Below are positions 38,078 to 49,189 of a stretch of DNA of 64,000 nucleotides, piece after piece (position 1 is the first letter of the stretch; every line of letters starts with the position of its first letter). The DNA is taken from the NCBI GenBank assembly GCA_002363705.1, contig DEWQ01000011.1, forward strand, positions 154,168-218,167. The letters run 5' to 3'. The notes under the pieces are model-generated. The model saw nothing but the letters and a program-made list of their open reading frames with translations, made no database searches and was not told the origin of the DNA. A program made the position numbers and the translations under genes. This stretch comes from Bacillales bacterium UBA3206. Lineage in GTDB: Bacteria; Bacillota_I; Bacilli_A; Acholeplasmatales; Anaeroplasmataceae.

Positions 38078-41000
38078 TTATTCTGTTTTTGTATTATCAT
38101 CATCTTCTTCAGATGAATCTTTTTTAAATTTTTGACTGATTGTTTTTATAACACCCTTTAGACTGATTGTTTTTATAATACCCTTTTTCTTAAGAATATA
38201 TATAACAGCCACACCAATCCAAACTATAGCTGCTATAGCTAATAGAATATAGAATGCTTTATATGGACCTGTAAAGAAATGACTAGTTAATATTATAAGT
38301 GGTAATGCTGATGATGAGGCCTTAACTACATTTTGATTTTTAAGGCTTTTATCATCATCGTCATTATCCTCCTTGAATAATAGGAAGAATATGAAGAATA
38401 TACCAGCTCCTATTGCTGTTAATGCTAATAATATTAATATAACACCCCATGCAATAGCTGTTGTTCTTGTATCTTCTAATTTTTCCTCTTTTGCTGTTAA
38501 TAATGAGAAATCTTCATTATTTATTAATTCCTTTTGCTCAGGACTTAATTCATCATATGCTTCACGAGCGTCTTTTACTAATTCTTCAGTTCCTGTTGAA
38601 TATTTAATCTTACCAATTGAATGAATCTTTTCAATTGCGGCATATGCTTTTTCATAATTAATTAATGTATTTTCTGATTCTTCAGGTAAGATTGCTTTTT
38701 GATCAGCATTTAATGCATCAATTAATCCTCTAGCATTTTTAATATTCTCATTACTTGTTTCACTATAAGTAAGATCACCTAAGCTATTTACCTTATTTAC
38801 ACATGTATCTACCTTATTGTAATCATTATTAGCTTTCATTAAAACGTGATAATTTGTAACCTCTTGCTTAAGATTAGAATCTAATGCATTATATGATGCA
38901 GAAGCTATATCAATTAATGACTTACTGATAGGTGTATATTGAACTGAACCAATATTATCGATTAGTGTCTTTGTAGCTTCTACTTCCTTATCATATAATA
39001 ATCTTGAATTATAAACTATAGATTGTTGATACTCTGTTAAAGCATTGAAGCTTTCTCTAGCATCTGTAATTAATGCTTGTTTTTCTTCTGAATATTCGCC
39101 ATCACCAATGGCATCAATTTTATTAACTACAGCTAATGCTTCATCATAGTCTGTATTATCGCTTATTAATTCATCATAATTAGCTACTAATTGCTTTTGT
39201 GTATCAGTTAATGCTTCATATGCTTCGTTTGCAGTATCAATTAATGCTTTTGATTCAGCAGTTACTTCTACATCACCTATCGCATTAATTAAATCCATTA
39301 CTCTAATTGCTGCTTCATAATCATTAAGCATATCATTTTCCTTATCAGGGAATATTGCTTTTTGATTTGATGTTAAATTATTATAATCATTTCTTACAGC
39401 AGATACCTTATCTCTAAATTCTTTAGTATCCTCTGAATTACCAATTTCATTTACTTCATTTGCAACATAATATGCTGCCTCACTATCTAATAATTTTTGA
39501 TAATTAGTTACAGCCATAACATTCTTATCATCAGCATGTAATGCATCAAATGCAGTTCTTGCTGTATTTATACTAGAATTACTATTTGGATAAACAAGTG
39601 GAGGTGTTATAGCATCAATCTTATCCATAACATCCTTTATTGCATTTGCTCTTAAATTATCAAATGTTGCTCTAGAACCTGTTAATGTTGCATAATTTGT
39701 AATTACAGTTGTATTCTTCTCATTCTCATCTAATGCATTATATAAGCCTTCAGCATATACTATTTTCTCTTTACTTTCAGGGTACTTAACCTCACCGATA
39801 TCATTAATTGCATCTATAACCTGTTGTACAGCTATAGACTTTAAAGAATTATATGCTTCTCTTGCTGCTGTTAATGTCGAATAATTTGTTATTTCACCCT
39901 TATCAGCATTATCCAAATGATTATATCCAGCCTCGGCAGCCTCAATTAGAGCTTTACTCTCTGGATATTTAACAGTACCTATAGAATCAATTAGGCTCTT
40001 AAGATCATTAATAGCCTTCGCTCTTAATGTTTGATATGTACTTTCAGCAGTTGTTAATGTTTGATAATTTGAAACTACACTCTTATATGAATTATCTAAT
40101 GCATCATATGCACTTCTTGCGATATTTATCAATCCCTTACTATCAGGATATTGAACTGTACCTATATTATTAATCTTATCAACAACATCTTGAATTACTG
40201 GTAATAGTGTCCACTTTGCATATAATGTTGTAGCTGAAGCTTTATCCCAATTTTTTGCACTTCCACCATTTGCATTATAATATTGTGTACCTCCACCATT
40301 TTTTTCAGTATAATATCCTCCAAATGTATATCCTGTTCTTGTAGGTACTGTGATAGTTGGCATTGCGCTTGCATATGTCGCAGTCACTGAACTTGAACCA
40401 CCACTACCACTTTGCATATCTAGTGTTACTGTATATTGATTAGCTGTCCAATTTGCTGTATATGTTTTATTACCAATAGAACCCTTAGCAATACTTACGC
40501 TTGTTTGTGGTGTTGTACCATTTGATCCTGTCCAACCTTTAAATGTATAACCTGTTTTAGTCGGATTTTTAAGCGTAATAGTATTACTTGTTACATAGTA
40601 TGATGTAGGGTTACCAGAAACTGAACCACCATTCAATGTATATCCAATTGTATAGGAAATTAAATCAGCACCAATTGTACCAAAATCAACATCTGATGAA
40701 CCAACAGTTTTTTCACCAATACGATATTTAGCTCCTTCCGTATCAGCTGTACCAGAAACAAGTGTCCAACCACTTTTTGCCTTATATCCTTTTGCTAGTT
40801 CTGCAAAACCATATACAGTTGAACCACTATTGAATTCTGTTCCACTTGCACTACCACTTGCTGCATTTTGATTTGTTGATAAATATACTGATTTTACTCC
40901 GTTACCTGCAGTTATACTAGCTTTTTGGCTAGCTTCTTCAAATATAAATATTCTACTCAATGAGAAACTAACATTACTTCCACTTATATTTTTAAAAGTA

Positions 41001-41548
41001 ATTTGTAAGGTATTTGCATTACTAGCTGTATTCCACCAATAATCATTCGTCACTACATCCTGTTGTAGAACAATTGTATATGGTGGAGTAGATGGTGTAG
41101 GTCCAGCAGAACTACATTGATTACCATCTAAGTATGCAGTAGTGCTTATAACAGAAGGCTTACAATTTGCAAATGTACGCGCCTGCGGTATTTTGAGTGT
41201 TTTATTATTGTTAAATGTAAAAGTCAAAGTTTCATTTGACTTCAAAGAAACATTTAACGCAGTTACACTTTGCGATGGGTTATTTAAATCTTTCATCGTA
41301 CCTGATGCTAACGCACTACCACTTGATGTAGACCAAGTCCATTTTCCAGAAGAACTAGAAGTCGGATTGGCCGTGTTGGATCCAGTTTGATTTGAATAAT
41401 ATGAATCAAACTCAAGTGAATCAGAAAGATGAGCAGTTACGGCTGCATAAGTATTTGGCATAGACACAAATACCCAAACCAATGAAAGTATAAATGCTAA
41501 AACACCTACTATTGGAAATACAATCCTCTTTTTTAATAATTTCCTCAT
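38078..41548 (-). CDS. Large cell-surface protein (1156 aa): signal peptide, Ser/Thr-rich region, two Listeria-Bacteroides (Flg_new) repeats, ~10 tandem ~57-aa helical repeats, two C-terminal TM helices
   Basis: The Flg_new-like repeats are 'YTFKGWTGSNGTTP...YTANWTANQYTVTLD' and 'TGYTFGGYYTEKNGGGTQYY...LYAKWT'. The helical repeats follow 'IxxIGxVxYPxSKxxIxxAxxAYxALxxxxKxxVxNYxxLxxA'. There is no LPXTG motif. Confidence 0.7.
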   Translation of the reverse strand: MRKLLKKRIVFPIVGVLAFILSLVWVFVSMPNTYAAVTAHLSDSLEFDSYYSNQTGSNTANPTSSSSGKWTWSTSSGSALASGTMKDLNNPSQSVTALNVSLKSNETLTFTFNNNKTLKIPQARTFANCKPSVISTTAYLDGNQCSSAGPTPSTPPYTIVLQQDVVTNDYWWNTASNANTLQITFKNISGSNVSFSLSRIFIFEEASQKASITAGNGVKSVYLSTNQNAASGSASGTEFNSGSTVYGFAELAKGYKAKSGWTLVSGTADTEGAKYRIGEKTVGSSDVDFGTIGADLISYTIGYTLNGGSVSGNPTSYYVTSNTITLKNPTKTGYTFKGWTGSNGTTPQTSVSIAKGSIGNKTYTANWTANQYTVTLDMQSGSGGSSSVTATYASAMPTITVPTRTGYTFGGYYTEKNGGGTQYYNANGGSAKNWDKASATTLYAKWTLLPVIQDVVDKINNIGTVQYPDSKGLINIARSAYDALDNSYKSVVSNYQTLTTAESTYQTLRAKAINDLKSLIDSIGTVKYPESKALIEAAEAGYNHLDNADKGEITNYSTLTAAREAYNSLKSIAVQQVIDAINDIGEVKYPESKEKIVYAEGLYNALDENEKNTTVITNYATLTGSRATFDNLRANAIKDVMDKIDAITPPLVYPNSNSSINTARTAFDALHADDKNVMAVTNYQKLLDSEAAYYVANEVNEIGNSEDTKEFRDKVSAVRNDYNNLTSNQKAIFPDKENDMLNDYEAAIRVMDLINAIGDVEVTAESKALIDTANEAYEALTDTQKQLVANYDELISDNTDYDEALAVVNKIDAIGDGEYSEEKQALITDARESFNALTEYQQSIVYNSRLLYDKEVEATKTLIDNIGSVQYTPISKSLIDIASASYNALDSNLKQEVTNYHVLMKANNDYNKVDTCVNKVNSLGDLTYSETSNENIKNARGLIDALNADQKAILPEESENTLINYEKAYAAIEKIHSIGKIKYSTGTEELVKDAREAYDELSPEQKELINNEDFSLLTAKEEKLEDTRTTAIAWGVILILLALTAIGAGIFFIFFLLFKEDNDDDDKSLKNQNVVKASSSALPLIILTSHFFTGPYKAFYILLAIAAIVWIGVAVIYILKKKGIIKTISLKGVIKTISQKFKKDSSEEDDDNTKTE

Positions 41549-41685
41549 AAAAATTCCTCCCTTTTTATGTATATATTAAATATTAGAATAATCGTCCCTA
41601 ATCATTACACAGCTATATGATACCATATGATGCGCAACAAAAGTGCTACAAATAACAGATATAAAACCAGATGTAATTTACAAAT

Positions 41686-41715
41686 AATAAAAAAAGGAAG
41701 TCATAAAGACTTCCT
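41686..41715 (-). terminator. rho-independent terminator after rplQ
   Basis: A ggaagtc/gacttcc stem is followed by a U-run on the minus strand. Confidence 0.55.
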
Positions 41716-41724
41716 ATAATTATA

Positions 41725-42087
41725 TTAGTCAACGAATTGGATAATTGCCATTTGAGAAGCATCTCCACGACGAACACCAGTCTTAATAACTCTAGTGTAT
41801 CCTCCGTTACGAGAAGCAAACTTAGGTGCAATTTCATCGAATAACTTTTGAATAGCTAACTTTCCGTCGCTATCCTTCTCAAAACGAACAAGCTTAGCAG
41901 CATTACGTCTAGAAGCTAATGTATTTTGCTTTCCAAGTGTTACCATCTTGTCAGCAAGTCTCTTAAGCTCCTTAGCCTTAATAACTGTTGTCTCGATTGA
42001 TCCGTTAAGAATTAAATCTGTGATAAGATCGCGTAATACAGCCTTACGAGCTGATGCATTACGGCGTAATCTTGAATAACCTGCCAT
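41725..42087 (-). CDS. rplQ: 50S ribosomal protein L17
   Basis: Full-length L17. Confidence 0.95.
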   Translation of the reverse strand: MAGYSRLRRNASARKAVLRDLITDLILNGSIETTVIKAKELKRLADKMVTLGKQNTLASRRNAAKLVRFEKDSDGKLAIQKLFDEIAPKFASRNGGYTRVIKTGVRRGDASQMAIIQFVD

Positions 42088-42116
42088 AGTTTTAGTTCCT
42101 CCTTATATTGTTAAGA

Positions 42117-43070
42117 TTAGTCTTTTCTAAATCCTAATCCCATATCCTCTAGCTTTTCTTTGATTTCCTTTAATGACTTACGTCCTAAATTACGAACCTT
42201 CATCATATCTTCCTCAGACTTAGCAGTTAAGTCAGCAACTGTGTTAAGAGCAGCTCTCTTTAAGCAGTTATATGAACGTACTGATAGGTCAAGGTCATCG
42301 ATAGTCATTTCAAGCTTCTTATTTTGAGAGTCATCATTTGGCTCCATCATGAAGTCAGTATTAGATGCCTTCTCAGAAAGCTCAACGACTACGTTTAGAT
42401 GCTCGATAAGCATCTTAGAAGCCATAGCTAAAGCCTCTTTAGCACTAATTGAACCATTTGTTGTAACCTCAATTACAAGATCATCATGGTTAGCCTCGTT
42501 TTCAACACGAGTCTTTTCAACTGAGAAATTAACATTAACAATTGGAGTATAAATTGAATCGATAGCAATTTCTCCTACAGTTTCATTGTATTCCTTATTC
42601 TTGTTAGCAGGAACAAATCCTACTCCACGACGAACAGTAAGAACCATATTTAATGATCCTCCCTCTGATACTGTCGCGATGTGGTGATCAGGGTTAACAA
42701 TTGTTAACTCATTACCATGAATAATATCAGCAGCAGTTACTTCTCCAGCACCCTTATGGATTTCAACTTGAACAGTGAAATCAGGATCCTCAGAGTCAGT
42801 CTTTAGGATTACTCCCTTTAAGTTAAGGATGATTGTGATAACATCTTCCATAACTCCGTCAAGTGACATGAACTCATGTTGAGCACCATCAATCTTAACG
42901 TTTACAAATGCTGTACCAGGAAGTGATGATAATAATACTCTTCTTAAAGCATTACCAAGAGTAAGTCCGAATCCTCTTTCAAGAGGTGTGATTTCAAACT
43001 TACCAGTGTTTCCATCCTCTGATAATTCAATAACGCTTGTAGCTGGTTTTTCGAATTTTAAATCTTTCAT
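42117..43070 (-). CDS. rpoA: DNA-directed RNA polymerase alpha subunit
   Basis: Full-length protein with NTD and CTD. Confidence 0.95.
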   Translation of the reverse strand: MKDLKFEKPATSVIELSEDGNTGKFEITPLERGFGLTLGNALRRVLLSSLPGTAFVNVKIDGAQHEFMSLDGVMEDVITIILNLKGVILKTDSEDPDFTVQVEIHKGAGEVTAADIIHGNELTIVNPDHHIATVSEGGSLNMVLTVRRGVGFVPANKNKEYNETVGEIAIDSIYTPIVNVNFSVEKTRVENEANHDDLVIEVTTNGSISAKEALAMASKMLIEHLNVVVELSEKASNTDFMMEPNDDSQNKKLEMTIDDLDLSVRSYNCLKRAALNTVADLTAKSEEDMMKVRNLGRKSLKEIKEKLEDMGLGFRKD

Positions 43071-43123
43071 TAATAGGCCTCCTTAAGTTAAAATCTATCC
43101 ATTGTAGCTCCCACAAAGAGGAA

Positions 43124-43507
43124 TTATCCTCTTGGGCGCTTTGGTGGACGACATCCATTGTGTGGAACTGGTGTTACGTCCTTAATTGCAGTAATTTCAA
43201 GTCCTGCAACTTGTAATGAACGAATAGCAGCCTCTCTTCCAGGTCCTGGACCCTTAACAGAAACCTCTACCTTGATTACTCCTTGATCGATTGCAGCCTT
43301 AGCAGCAGCTTCACTTGCTTGTTGAGCAGCAAATGGAGTAGACTTACGGCTTCCCTTGTATCCAAGAGCACCAGCTGATGACCAAGAAATTGCATTTCCA
43401 GCTGGATCAGTTATTGTAACGATTGTATTGTTAAAAGTTGAGTGAATATGAGCAACACCAAGTGGTGCGTTCTTCTTCACACGTCTCTTTGTTACTTTAC
43501 GTGCCAT
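43124..43507 (-). CDS. rpsK: 30S ribosomal protein S11
   Basis: Sequence match to S11. Confidence 0.95.
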   Translation of the reverse strand: MARKVTKRRVKKNAPLGVAHIHSTFNNTIVTITDPAGNAISWSSAGALGYKGSRKSTPFAAQQASEAAAKAAIDQGVIKVEVSVKGPGPGREAAIRSLQVAGLEITAIKDVTPVPHNGCRPPKRPRG

Positions 43508-43524
43508 TGTTATTAACCTCCTAA

Positions 43525-43896
43525 TTAAACAGCTTTCTTCTTATTAGCAACAGTGTGCTTAGGACCCTTACGAGTACGTGCATTGTTACGAGTATTTTGT
43601 CCTCTTACAGGTAGGTTTCTACGATGACGTAGTCCTCTATAAGATCCAATTTCCATTAATCTCTTAATGTTTAATGCAACCTCTCTACGTAAATCTCCTT
43701 CTGTCTTAACCTTAGCTACCTCTGTACGGATTGCGCTTAATTGCTCCTCAGATAGATCCTTAGTACGGATATCCTCTGATACATTAGCGTCTGCTAAGAT
43801 TTTCTTTGCTGTAGCATCACCAATACCATAAATATAAGTTAGTGCTACAACGATTCTCTTATCTCTAGGAATATCTATTCCTGCAATACGTGCCAT
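43525..43896 (-). CDS. rpsM: 30S ribosomal protein S13
   Basis: Sequence match to S13. Confidence 0.95.
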   Translation of the reverse strand: MARIAGIDIPRDKRIVVALTYIYGIGDATAKKILADANVSEDIRTKDLSEEQLSAIRTEVAKVKTEGDLRREVALNIKRLMEIGSYRGLRHRRNLPVRGQNTRNNARTRKGPKHTVANKKKAV

Positions 43897-43921
43897 ATAA
43901 AATCGTCCTCCTCTTAATTAA

Positions 43922-44035
43922 TTAACCTTGTCTTTGCTTGTGCTTTGGATTCTCACAGATAACCATTACACGGCCTTTTCTCTTAATAACTTTACACTTA
44001 TCACATATTGGTTTTACTGATGGTCTAACCTTCAT
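43922..44035 (-). CDS. rpmJ: 50S ribosomal protein L36
   Basis: It is not in the ORF track (37 aa). Manual translation gives [37 protein letters not shown]. Confidence 0.9.
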   Translation of the reverse strand: MKVRPSVKPICDKCKVIKRKGRVMVICENPKHKQRQG

Positions 44036-44057
44036 ATTTTTACCTCCGGTGTTAAAT

Positions 44058-44282
44058 TTACTTACGTCTGTAAGTTATACGTCCACGTGTTAAGTCATAT
44101 GTAGATAATTCTACTGTGACCTTGTCCCCTGGTAAAATGCGAATGTTGTGCATACGGATTTTACCAGAAACGTGTCCAAGGACAATATGTCCATTTTCTA
44201 ATTCAACTTTAAATTGAGTATTAGGAAGTACCTCTAAGATCTTTCCCTCTAGCTCAATAATGTTATCATTTTCCTTTGCCAT
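44058..44282 (-). CDS. infA: Translation initiation factor IF-1
   Basis: S1-like 74-aa protein. Confidence 0.95.
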   Translation of the reverse strand: MAKENDNIIELEGKILEVLPNTQFKVELENGHIVLGHVSGKIRMHNIRILPGDKVTVELSTYDLTRGRITYRRK

Positions 44283-44424
44283 AAAATGCCTCCTTCTATA
44301 GCTATCATAATAATACTGTTATTAATGCAAAACTATAATAAAAGTTTAGCATGGCAATGCTTTGAGCAGAGCCTTCAATTCCCCTATACTACTCGAGATG
44401 AGTAGTAATTATAGGGATTGAACT

Positions 44425-45066
44425 TTATTTTAAAACGGCCTTTATATCCTCAAATACCTTATCAAATGATTGATCACCATTTACAGTCTTAAGGATTCCT
44501 TGCTTCTTGTAATAATCAAGAAGAGGAGCTGTTTGCTCATCATAAACCGCTAAACGATTTACTGCAGTAGCTTCTGTGTCATCTGGACGTTGTACTAGAT
44601 TAGATCCACAATTATCGCAGATACCATCCTTTAAAGGCTTGTTGAACTCAATGTGGTATGTTGCACCACAGTTCTTACAAACTCTTCTTCCAACCATACG
44701 TCTTACAAGTACACTATTTTCTACATTTACATCTAGTACTGCATCAAGCTTGATTCCATTCTTTGTTAAGAACTTATCTAAAGCCTCTGCTTGTGCTAGA
44801 TTACGAGGGAATCCATCAAGTAAGAATCCGTCCTTACAATCTGCCTCAGATAATCTATCCTCAACAATACCGATTGTAACCTCGTCTGGTACTAATTGAC
44901 CCTTCTCCATATATGACTTGGCTAAAAGTCCCATCTTAGTTCCAGCCTTCATTGCGGCTCTGAACATATCTCCAGTAGAGATATGAGGGATGTTATAATA
45001 TTCCTTAATGTTTACTGCCTGAGTACCTTTACCAGCACCAGGACGTCCTGTTATTAATAGCTTCAT
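44425..45066 (-). CDS. adk: Adenylate kinase
   Basis: It has '[11 protein letters not shown]' and a zinc lid 'CKNCG...CDNCG'. Confidence 0.95.
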   Translation of the reverse strand: MKLLITGRPGAGKGTQAVNIKEYYNIPHISTGDMFRAAMKAGTKMGLLAKSYMEKGQLVPDEVTIGIVEDRLSEADCKDGFLLDGFPRNLAQAEALDKFLTKNGIKLDAVLDVNVENSVLVRRMVGRRVCKNCGATYHIEFNKPLKDGICDNCGSNLVQRPDDTEATAVNRLAVYDEQTAPLLDYYKKQGILKTVNGDQSFDKVFEDIKAVLK

Positions 45067-45077
45067 TATAATTACCT

Positions 45078-46388
45078 CTATGATAAAATTCCTTTGTATG
45101 TTTCAGTTGCTGAATCAGTTTCAAGCTGCTTTGCAGTTTCAATAGCAACACCAACTATGATTAATAATGATGTACCACCAACTACAATAGTAGATTGCTC
45201 TGATGTAGAGAAGCTGAATGCCTTAGCAACAATAATTGGAACTAATGCAACGAATGTTAGGTAAGTTGCACCGATTAATGTTACTCTAAATAAAATTTTT
45301 GATAATTGAATCTTAGTATCTTCTCCTGGTCTATATCCTGGGATATAAGCACCTGACTTAGATAGATTATCAGCTATCTTATCAGGATCCATTTGCATAA
45401 ATGCATAGAAGAATGAGAAGAAATAAATAAATATTACATATAATAGCATTCCAATTGGCTGACGATAATTAAATATTTGATCAAACCAATATGCTGAGGT
45501 ACTACTATCAGTCTCAAGTCCCATCATACCTACTACAGTTAATGGAATTGATAATAATGTAGATGCAAAGATAACTGGGATAACTCCAGCAACATTTAAT
45601 TTAACTGGAATATCTGAAGATGCGTTACCTTGTCTATTTGCATATTGAATTGGAATTCTACGCTTAGCACCTTCCATAAATACTACTAATAATATCATTG
45701 CAACGAATAATACTAATATAACTACTAATGAAAGTACTGAAGATGGAGTGATTCCATCAGTGATGTATTTACTCCATAATAATGTAAACATTGAAGGTAG
45801 TGATGTTACAATACCAGCAGTGATGATTAATGATGAACCATTACCAACACCATGTCTTGTAATTAAGTCAGCAAGCCACATAACAAATGCAGATCCTGCT
45901 GTGATAACTATTGCCATATAAATATAGAATAGCCAGAATAAATCCTTATCAGCAAGAACACTTGCCTCCAAGATATTTTCAGGTCTACTACCAAGACCAA
46001 ATAATAATGCTAATGCTTGTACAAATGCAACTAAGACAGTAACGTATCTTGTAACACGATTTGTCTTAGTTTTTCCCTGCTCACCTTGCTCACTCCACTC
46101 TTTAAGCTTTGGAATAATTATCGCAAGCATTTGAACGATAATTTCCGCAGTGATGTATGGTGAAATACCTAATGCTAGAATAGAGAAAGAGCTTAATCCT
46201 CCACCACTAAATGTATTTAGGATAGTTAAAAAGCTATTTCCCTCTAGTAATTGCTTTACAGCAACAGTATCAATTAATGGGATAGGCAAATATGTACCTA
46301 ATTTGAATATTAAAAGTATTAAGAATGTAAAAGTAATTTTCTTGACGATGTCAGGATTACTAAAAATTCGTTTTAACTTTTCTACCAA
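45078..46388 (-). CDS. secY: Preprotein translocase SecY
   Basis: 10-TM protein with SecY signature. Confidence 0.95.
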   Translation of the reverse strand: MVEKLKRIFSNPDIVKKITFTFLILLIFKLGTYLPIPLIDTVAVKQLLEGNSFLTILNTFSGGGLSSFSILALGISPYITAEIIVQMLAIIIPKLKEWSEQGEQGKTKTNRVTRYVTVLVAFVQALALLFGLGSRPENILEASVLADKDLFWLFYIYMAIVITAGSAFVMWLADLITRHGVGNGSSLIITAGIVTSLPSMFTLLWSKYITDGITPSSVLSLVVILVLFVAMILLVVFMEGAKRRIPIQYANRQGNASSDIPVKLNVAGVIPVIFASTLLSIPLTVVGMMGLETDSSTSAYWFDQIFNYRQPIGMLLYVIFIYFFSFFYAFMQMDPDKIADNLSKSGAYIPGYRPGEDTKIQLSKILFRVTLIGATYLTFVALVPIIVAKAFSFSTSEQSTIVVGGTSLLIIVGVAIETAKQLETDSATETYKGILS

Positions 46389-46389
46389 A

Positions 46390-46827
46390 TTAGATCACCT
46401 CAACTGTTCCGCCTGCAGCCTCAATTGCTTTAGCTGCTGATGCAGAAAACTTGTGAGCCTGAACATTTAACTTCTTAGTTAATTTTCCTTCTCCAAGAAC
46501 CTTGATTCCATTCTTAGCGTTCTTAACTAGACCAGTCTCGAAATATGTCTCAAGAGTAATCTTTGATCCATTCTCGAACTTCTCTAAATCCATAAGATTA
46601 ACAACAGCGTACTCTACACGATTAACGTTATTGAATCCTCTCTTTGGTAAACGTTGGAAGAAAGGAATTTGTCCTCCTTCGAATCCAGGTCTAACTCCTC
46701 CACCAGAACGTGAATTTTGACCCTTTTGTCCTCTACCTGAAGTCTTTCCTAGTCCGCTTCCAACTCCACGTCCAAGACGCTTCTTAGAATGTCTAGCACC
46801 TTCTACTGGTTTTAACTCATTTAGCAT
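46390..46827 (-). CDS. rplO: 50S ribosomal protein L15
   Basis: Sequence match to L15. Confidence 0.95.
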   Translation of the reverse strand: MLNELKPVEGARHSKKRLGRGVGSGLGKTSGRGQKGQNSRSGGGVRPGFEGGQIPFFQRLPKRGFNNVNRVEYAVVNLMDLEKFENGSKITLETYFETGLVKNAKNGIKVLGEGKLTKKLNVQAHKFSASAAKAIEAAGGTVEVI

Positions 46828-46845
46828 AAGTAAGGCACCTCCTTA

Positions 46846-47028
46846 TTACTTTTCTATTTCAACTACTTTTACTAAGTGTGCTATAGTAAGGATTTGACCC
46901 TTAATAGCTTCATTTTCCTCTTTAACTACAGATGAACCAATCTTTGTTAGTCCAAGTGCTTTAGCTGTTGCAATTTGGTTAGGCTTTCTTCCGATTAATG
47001 ACTTAACTAATGTAATTTGATACTTCAT
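46846..47028 (-). CDS. rpmD: 50S ribosomal protein L30
   Basis: Sequence match to L30. Confidence 0.9.
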   Translation of the reverse strand: MKYQITLVKSLIGRKPNQIATAKALGLTKIGSSVVKEENEAIKGQILTIAHLVKVVEIEK

Positions 47029-47033
47029 ATTAA

Positions 47034-47579
47034 TTAACCTCTAATCTCAGCAACAGTCTTACCACGACGAGCTGCTACGCTTTCTACAGTCTGAAGGTTC
47101 TTAAGACCCTCGAATGTTGCTCTAACCATATTAATCTTTGTTCTAGATCCTTGGCACTTTGATAGGATATCAGTAATACCTGCTAACTCTAGAACGGCAC
47201 GAACTGGACCTCCAGCGATAACTCCAGTTCCCTCTACAGCTGGCTTTAAGAATACTTGACCAGAACCGTAGATTCCTGTAATTTGATGAGGAATTGTTGT
47301 ATTAACAACTGGAACACTAATAATGTTCTTCTTAGCACTTTCAACGGCCTTCTTAATTGCGTCTGGTACCTCAAGTGCTTTACCAGTACCGAATCCGACT
47401 CTACCTTTTCTGTCTCCAATAACTACTAGAGCAGCAAAACGTTGGTGTCTTCCTCCCTTAACAACCTTAACAACACGGTTGATAGTTACGACCTTCTCCT
47501 CGAATTCAGGTTGCTCTTTTTCAGCTACTACCTTAACATTTTCAGCCTTGGCAGCATTAACTGTCTTCTCTTCGCTCAT
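47034..47579 (-). CDS. rpsE: 30S ribosomal protein S5
   Basis: Sequence match to S5. Confidence 0.95.
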   Translation of the reverse strand: MSEEKTVNAAKAENVKVVAEKEQPEFEEKVVTINRVVKVVKGGRHQRFAALVVIGDRKGRVGFGTGKALEVPDAIKKAVESAKKNIISVPVVNTTIPHQITGIYGSGQVFLKPAVEGTGVIAGGPVRAVLELAGITDILSKCQGSRTKINMVRATFEGLKNLQTVESVAARRGKTVAEIRG

Positions 47580-47597
47580 TTGTTGTAGTCCTCCTTA

Positions 47598-47960
47598 TTA
47601 GAATTCAAGTCCAGCAGCACGAGCTGCATCTGCTAATGCTTGAACGCGTCCATGATATAAATATCCTCCACGGTCAAATACAACAGTCTTGATTTTTGCT
47701 TCCTTTGCACGCTTAGCTACAAGTTCTCCAACCTTAGCTGCAGCTGCAACATTTGATCCATTCTTAAGACCAAGCTCCTTGTCTAGTGAAGAAGCACTAC
47801 ATAATGTCTTACCATTAACATCATCAATAATTTGAGCATAAATTTGCTTGTTTGAACGGAAAACATTTAAACGAGGTGCAGTAGGTGTACCGCTTAAGTT
47901 CTTACGAATTCTATAATGTCTCTTTAAACGCTTAACATTCTTTGATACTTTACTAATCAT
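47598..47960 (-). CDS. rplR: 50S ribosomal protein L18
   Basis: Sequence match to L18. Confidence 0.95.
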   Translation of the reverse strand: MISKVSKNVKRLKRHYRIRKNLSGTPTAPRLNVFRSNKQIYAQIIDDVNGKTLCSASSLDKELGLKNGSNVAAAAKVGELVAKRAKEAKIKTVVFDRGGYLYHGRVQALADAARAAGLEF

Positions 47961-47984
47961 AATATTTCTGTGCGCTCCTTTCTA

Positions 47985-48521
47985 TTACTTCTTAGCTGTC
48001 TTTCCTTCTTTACGACGTACATGCTCATCAGTATATCTGATTCCCTTTCCATGATATGGTTCAGGTCTTCTGATATCGCGAACCTCTGCCGCAAATTGAC
48101 CTACAGTACGAGCATCAGCTCCTGAAATAATAAGAGTAGTTCCCTTAATTACCTCAACCTTAACTCCTGCAGGAATTTCTTTATTTACATCATGAGAGTA
48201 TCCTGCTGATACTACTAGAGTCTTTCCGCTTAATTGTGCACGGTATCCAACTCCAATGATGTCTAATTGCTTCTTAAATCCTTCTGATACACCCTTAACC
48301 ATGTTAGCTAGGTTAGCACGGCTTGTTCCGTGAACTGCCTTGAATGTATCATTTGGTCTCTTTAATGTAACCACAGAACCATTAACCTCGACAGTGATAT
48401 TCTTATCGATAGCACCACTAAGCTCTCCGTTAGGTCCCTTTACAGTTACTACGTTATTGTCATCTACAGTAACAGTTACCTTCTCAGGTAAGTTGATTAC
48501 CTTATTTCCAATACGAGACAT
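47985..48521 (-). CDS. rplF: 50S ribosomal protein L6
   Basis: Sequence match to L6. Confidence 0.95.
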   Translation of the reverse strand: MSRIGNKVINLPEKVTVTVDDNNVVTVKGPNGELSGAIDKNITVEVNGSVVTLKRPNDTFKAVHGTSRANLANMVKGVSEGFKKQLDIIGVGYRAQLSGKTLVVSAGYSHDVNKEIPAGVKVEVIKGTTLIISGADARTVGQFAAEVRDIRRPEPYHGKGIRYTDEHVRRKEGKTAKK

Positions 48522-48550
48522 AAATTAAAACACCTCCTGTTTTTCTCTAA

Positions 48551-48949
48551 TTACCAAATATATGCTAGAACTTCTCCACCAAGGTTTAGCTTACGAGCTG
48601 CCTTGTCTGTCATTACACCCTTAGATGTAGAAATAACAGCAACTCCTAATCCGTTTAAAACCTTAGGTAGGTTGTCAGCCTCAACATAGACTCTTAGTCC
48701 TGGTTTGCTGACTCTCTTAAGTCCCTTGATAACTCTTTCCTTGTTATCAATATACTTTAATGTTACAGTAGTAACACCCTTATTATCCTCAGTTACAGTC
48801 TTATAATCTGCAATAAATCCCTCGTTCTTGAATACCTCAAGAATTGAACTCTTAATATTAGATGCAGGTACATCAACTGTTTCATGTAACATCTTATTCG
48901 CATTTCTAATGCGAGTTAACATATCCGCAATTGGATCTGTCATAGCCAT
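48551..48949 (-). CDS. rpsH: 30S ribosomal protein S8
   Basis: Sequence match to S8. Confidence 0.95.
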   Translation of the reverse strand: MAMTDPIADMLTRIRNANKMLHETVDVPASNIKSSILEVFKNEGFIADYKTVTEDNKGVTTVTLKYIDNKERVIKGLKRVSKPGLRVYVEADNLPKVLNGLGVAVISTSKGVMTDKAARKLNLGGEVLAYIW

Positions 48950-48988
48950 ACGATCGTTCCTCCTTCCAATAGACCGGAATATATTATA

Positions 48989-49174
48989 TTACCAGCTTGC
49001 TTTCTTAACACCAGGGATAAGTCCCTTGTATGCTAACTCACGAAAACAAACACGGCATATTTTAAAGTCGTTAAGTACTGCACGAGGACGTCCGCAACGC
49101 TCGCATCTAGTATACTCTCTTGCAGTGAACTTAGCTTTTCTATGATTTTTAACAACTAATGATTTCTTTGCCAT
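48989..49174 (-). CDS. rpsN: 30S ribosomal protein S14 type Z (zinc-binding)
   Basis: 61-aa protein with a CxxC...CxxC zinc ribbon. Confidence 0.9.
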   Translation of the reverse strand: MAKKSLVVKNHRKAKFTAREYTRCERCGRPRAVLNDFKICRVCFRELAYKGLIPGVKKASW

Positions 49175-49189
49175 AATGTTCTCCTTTAA

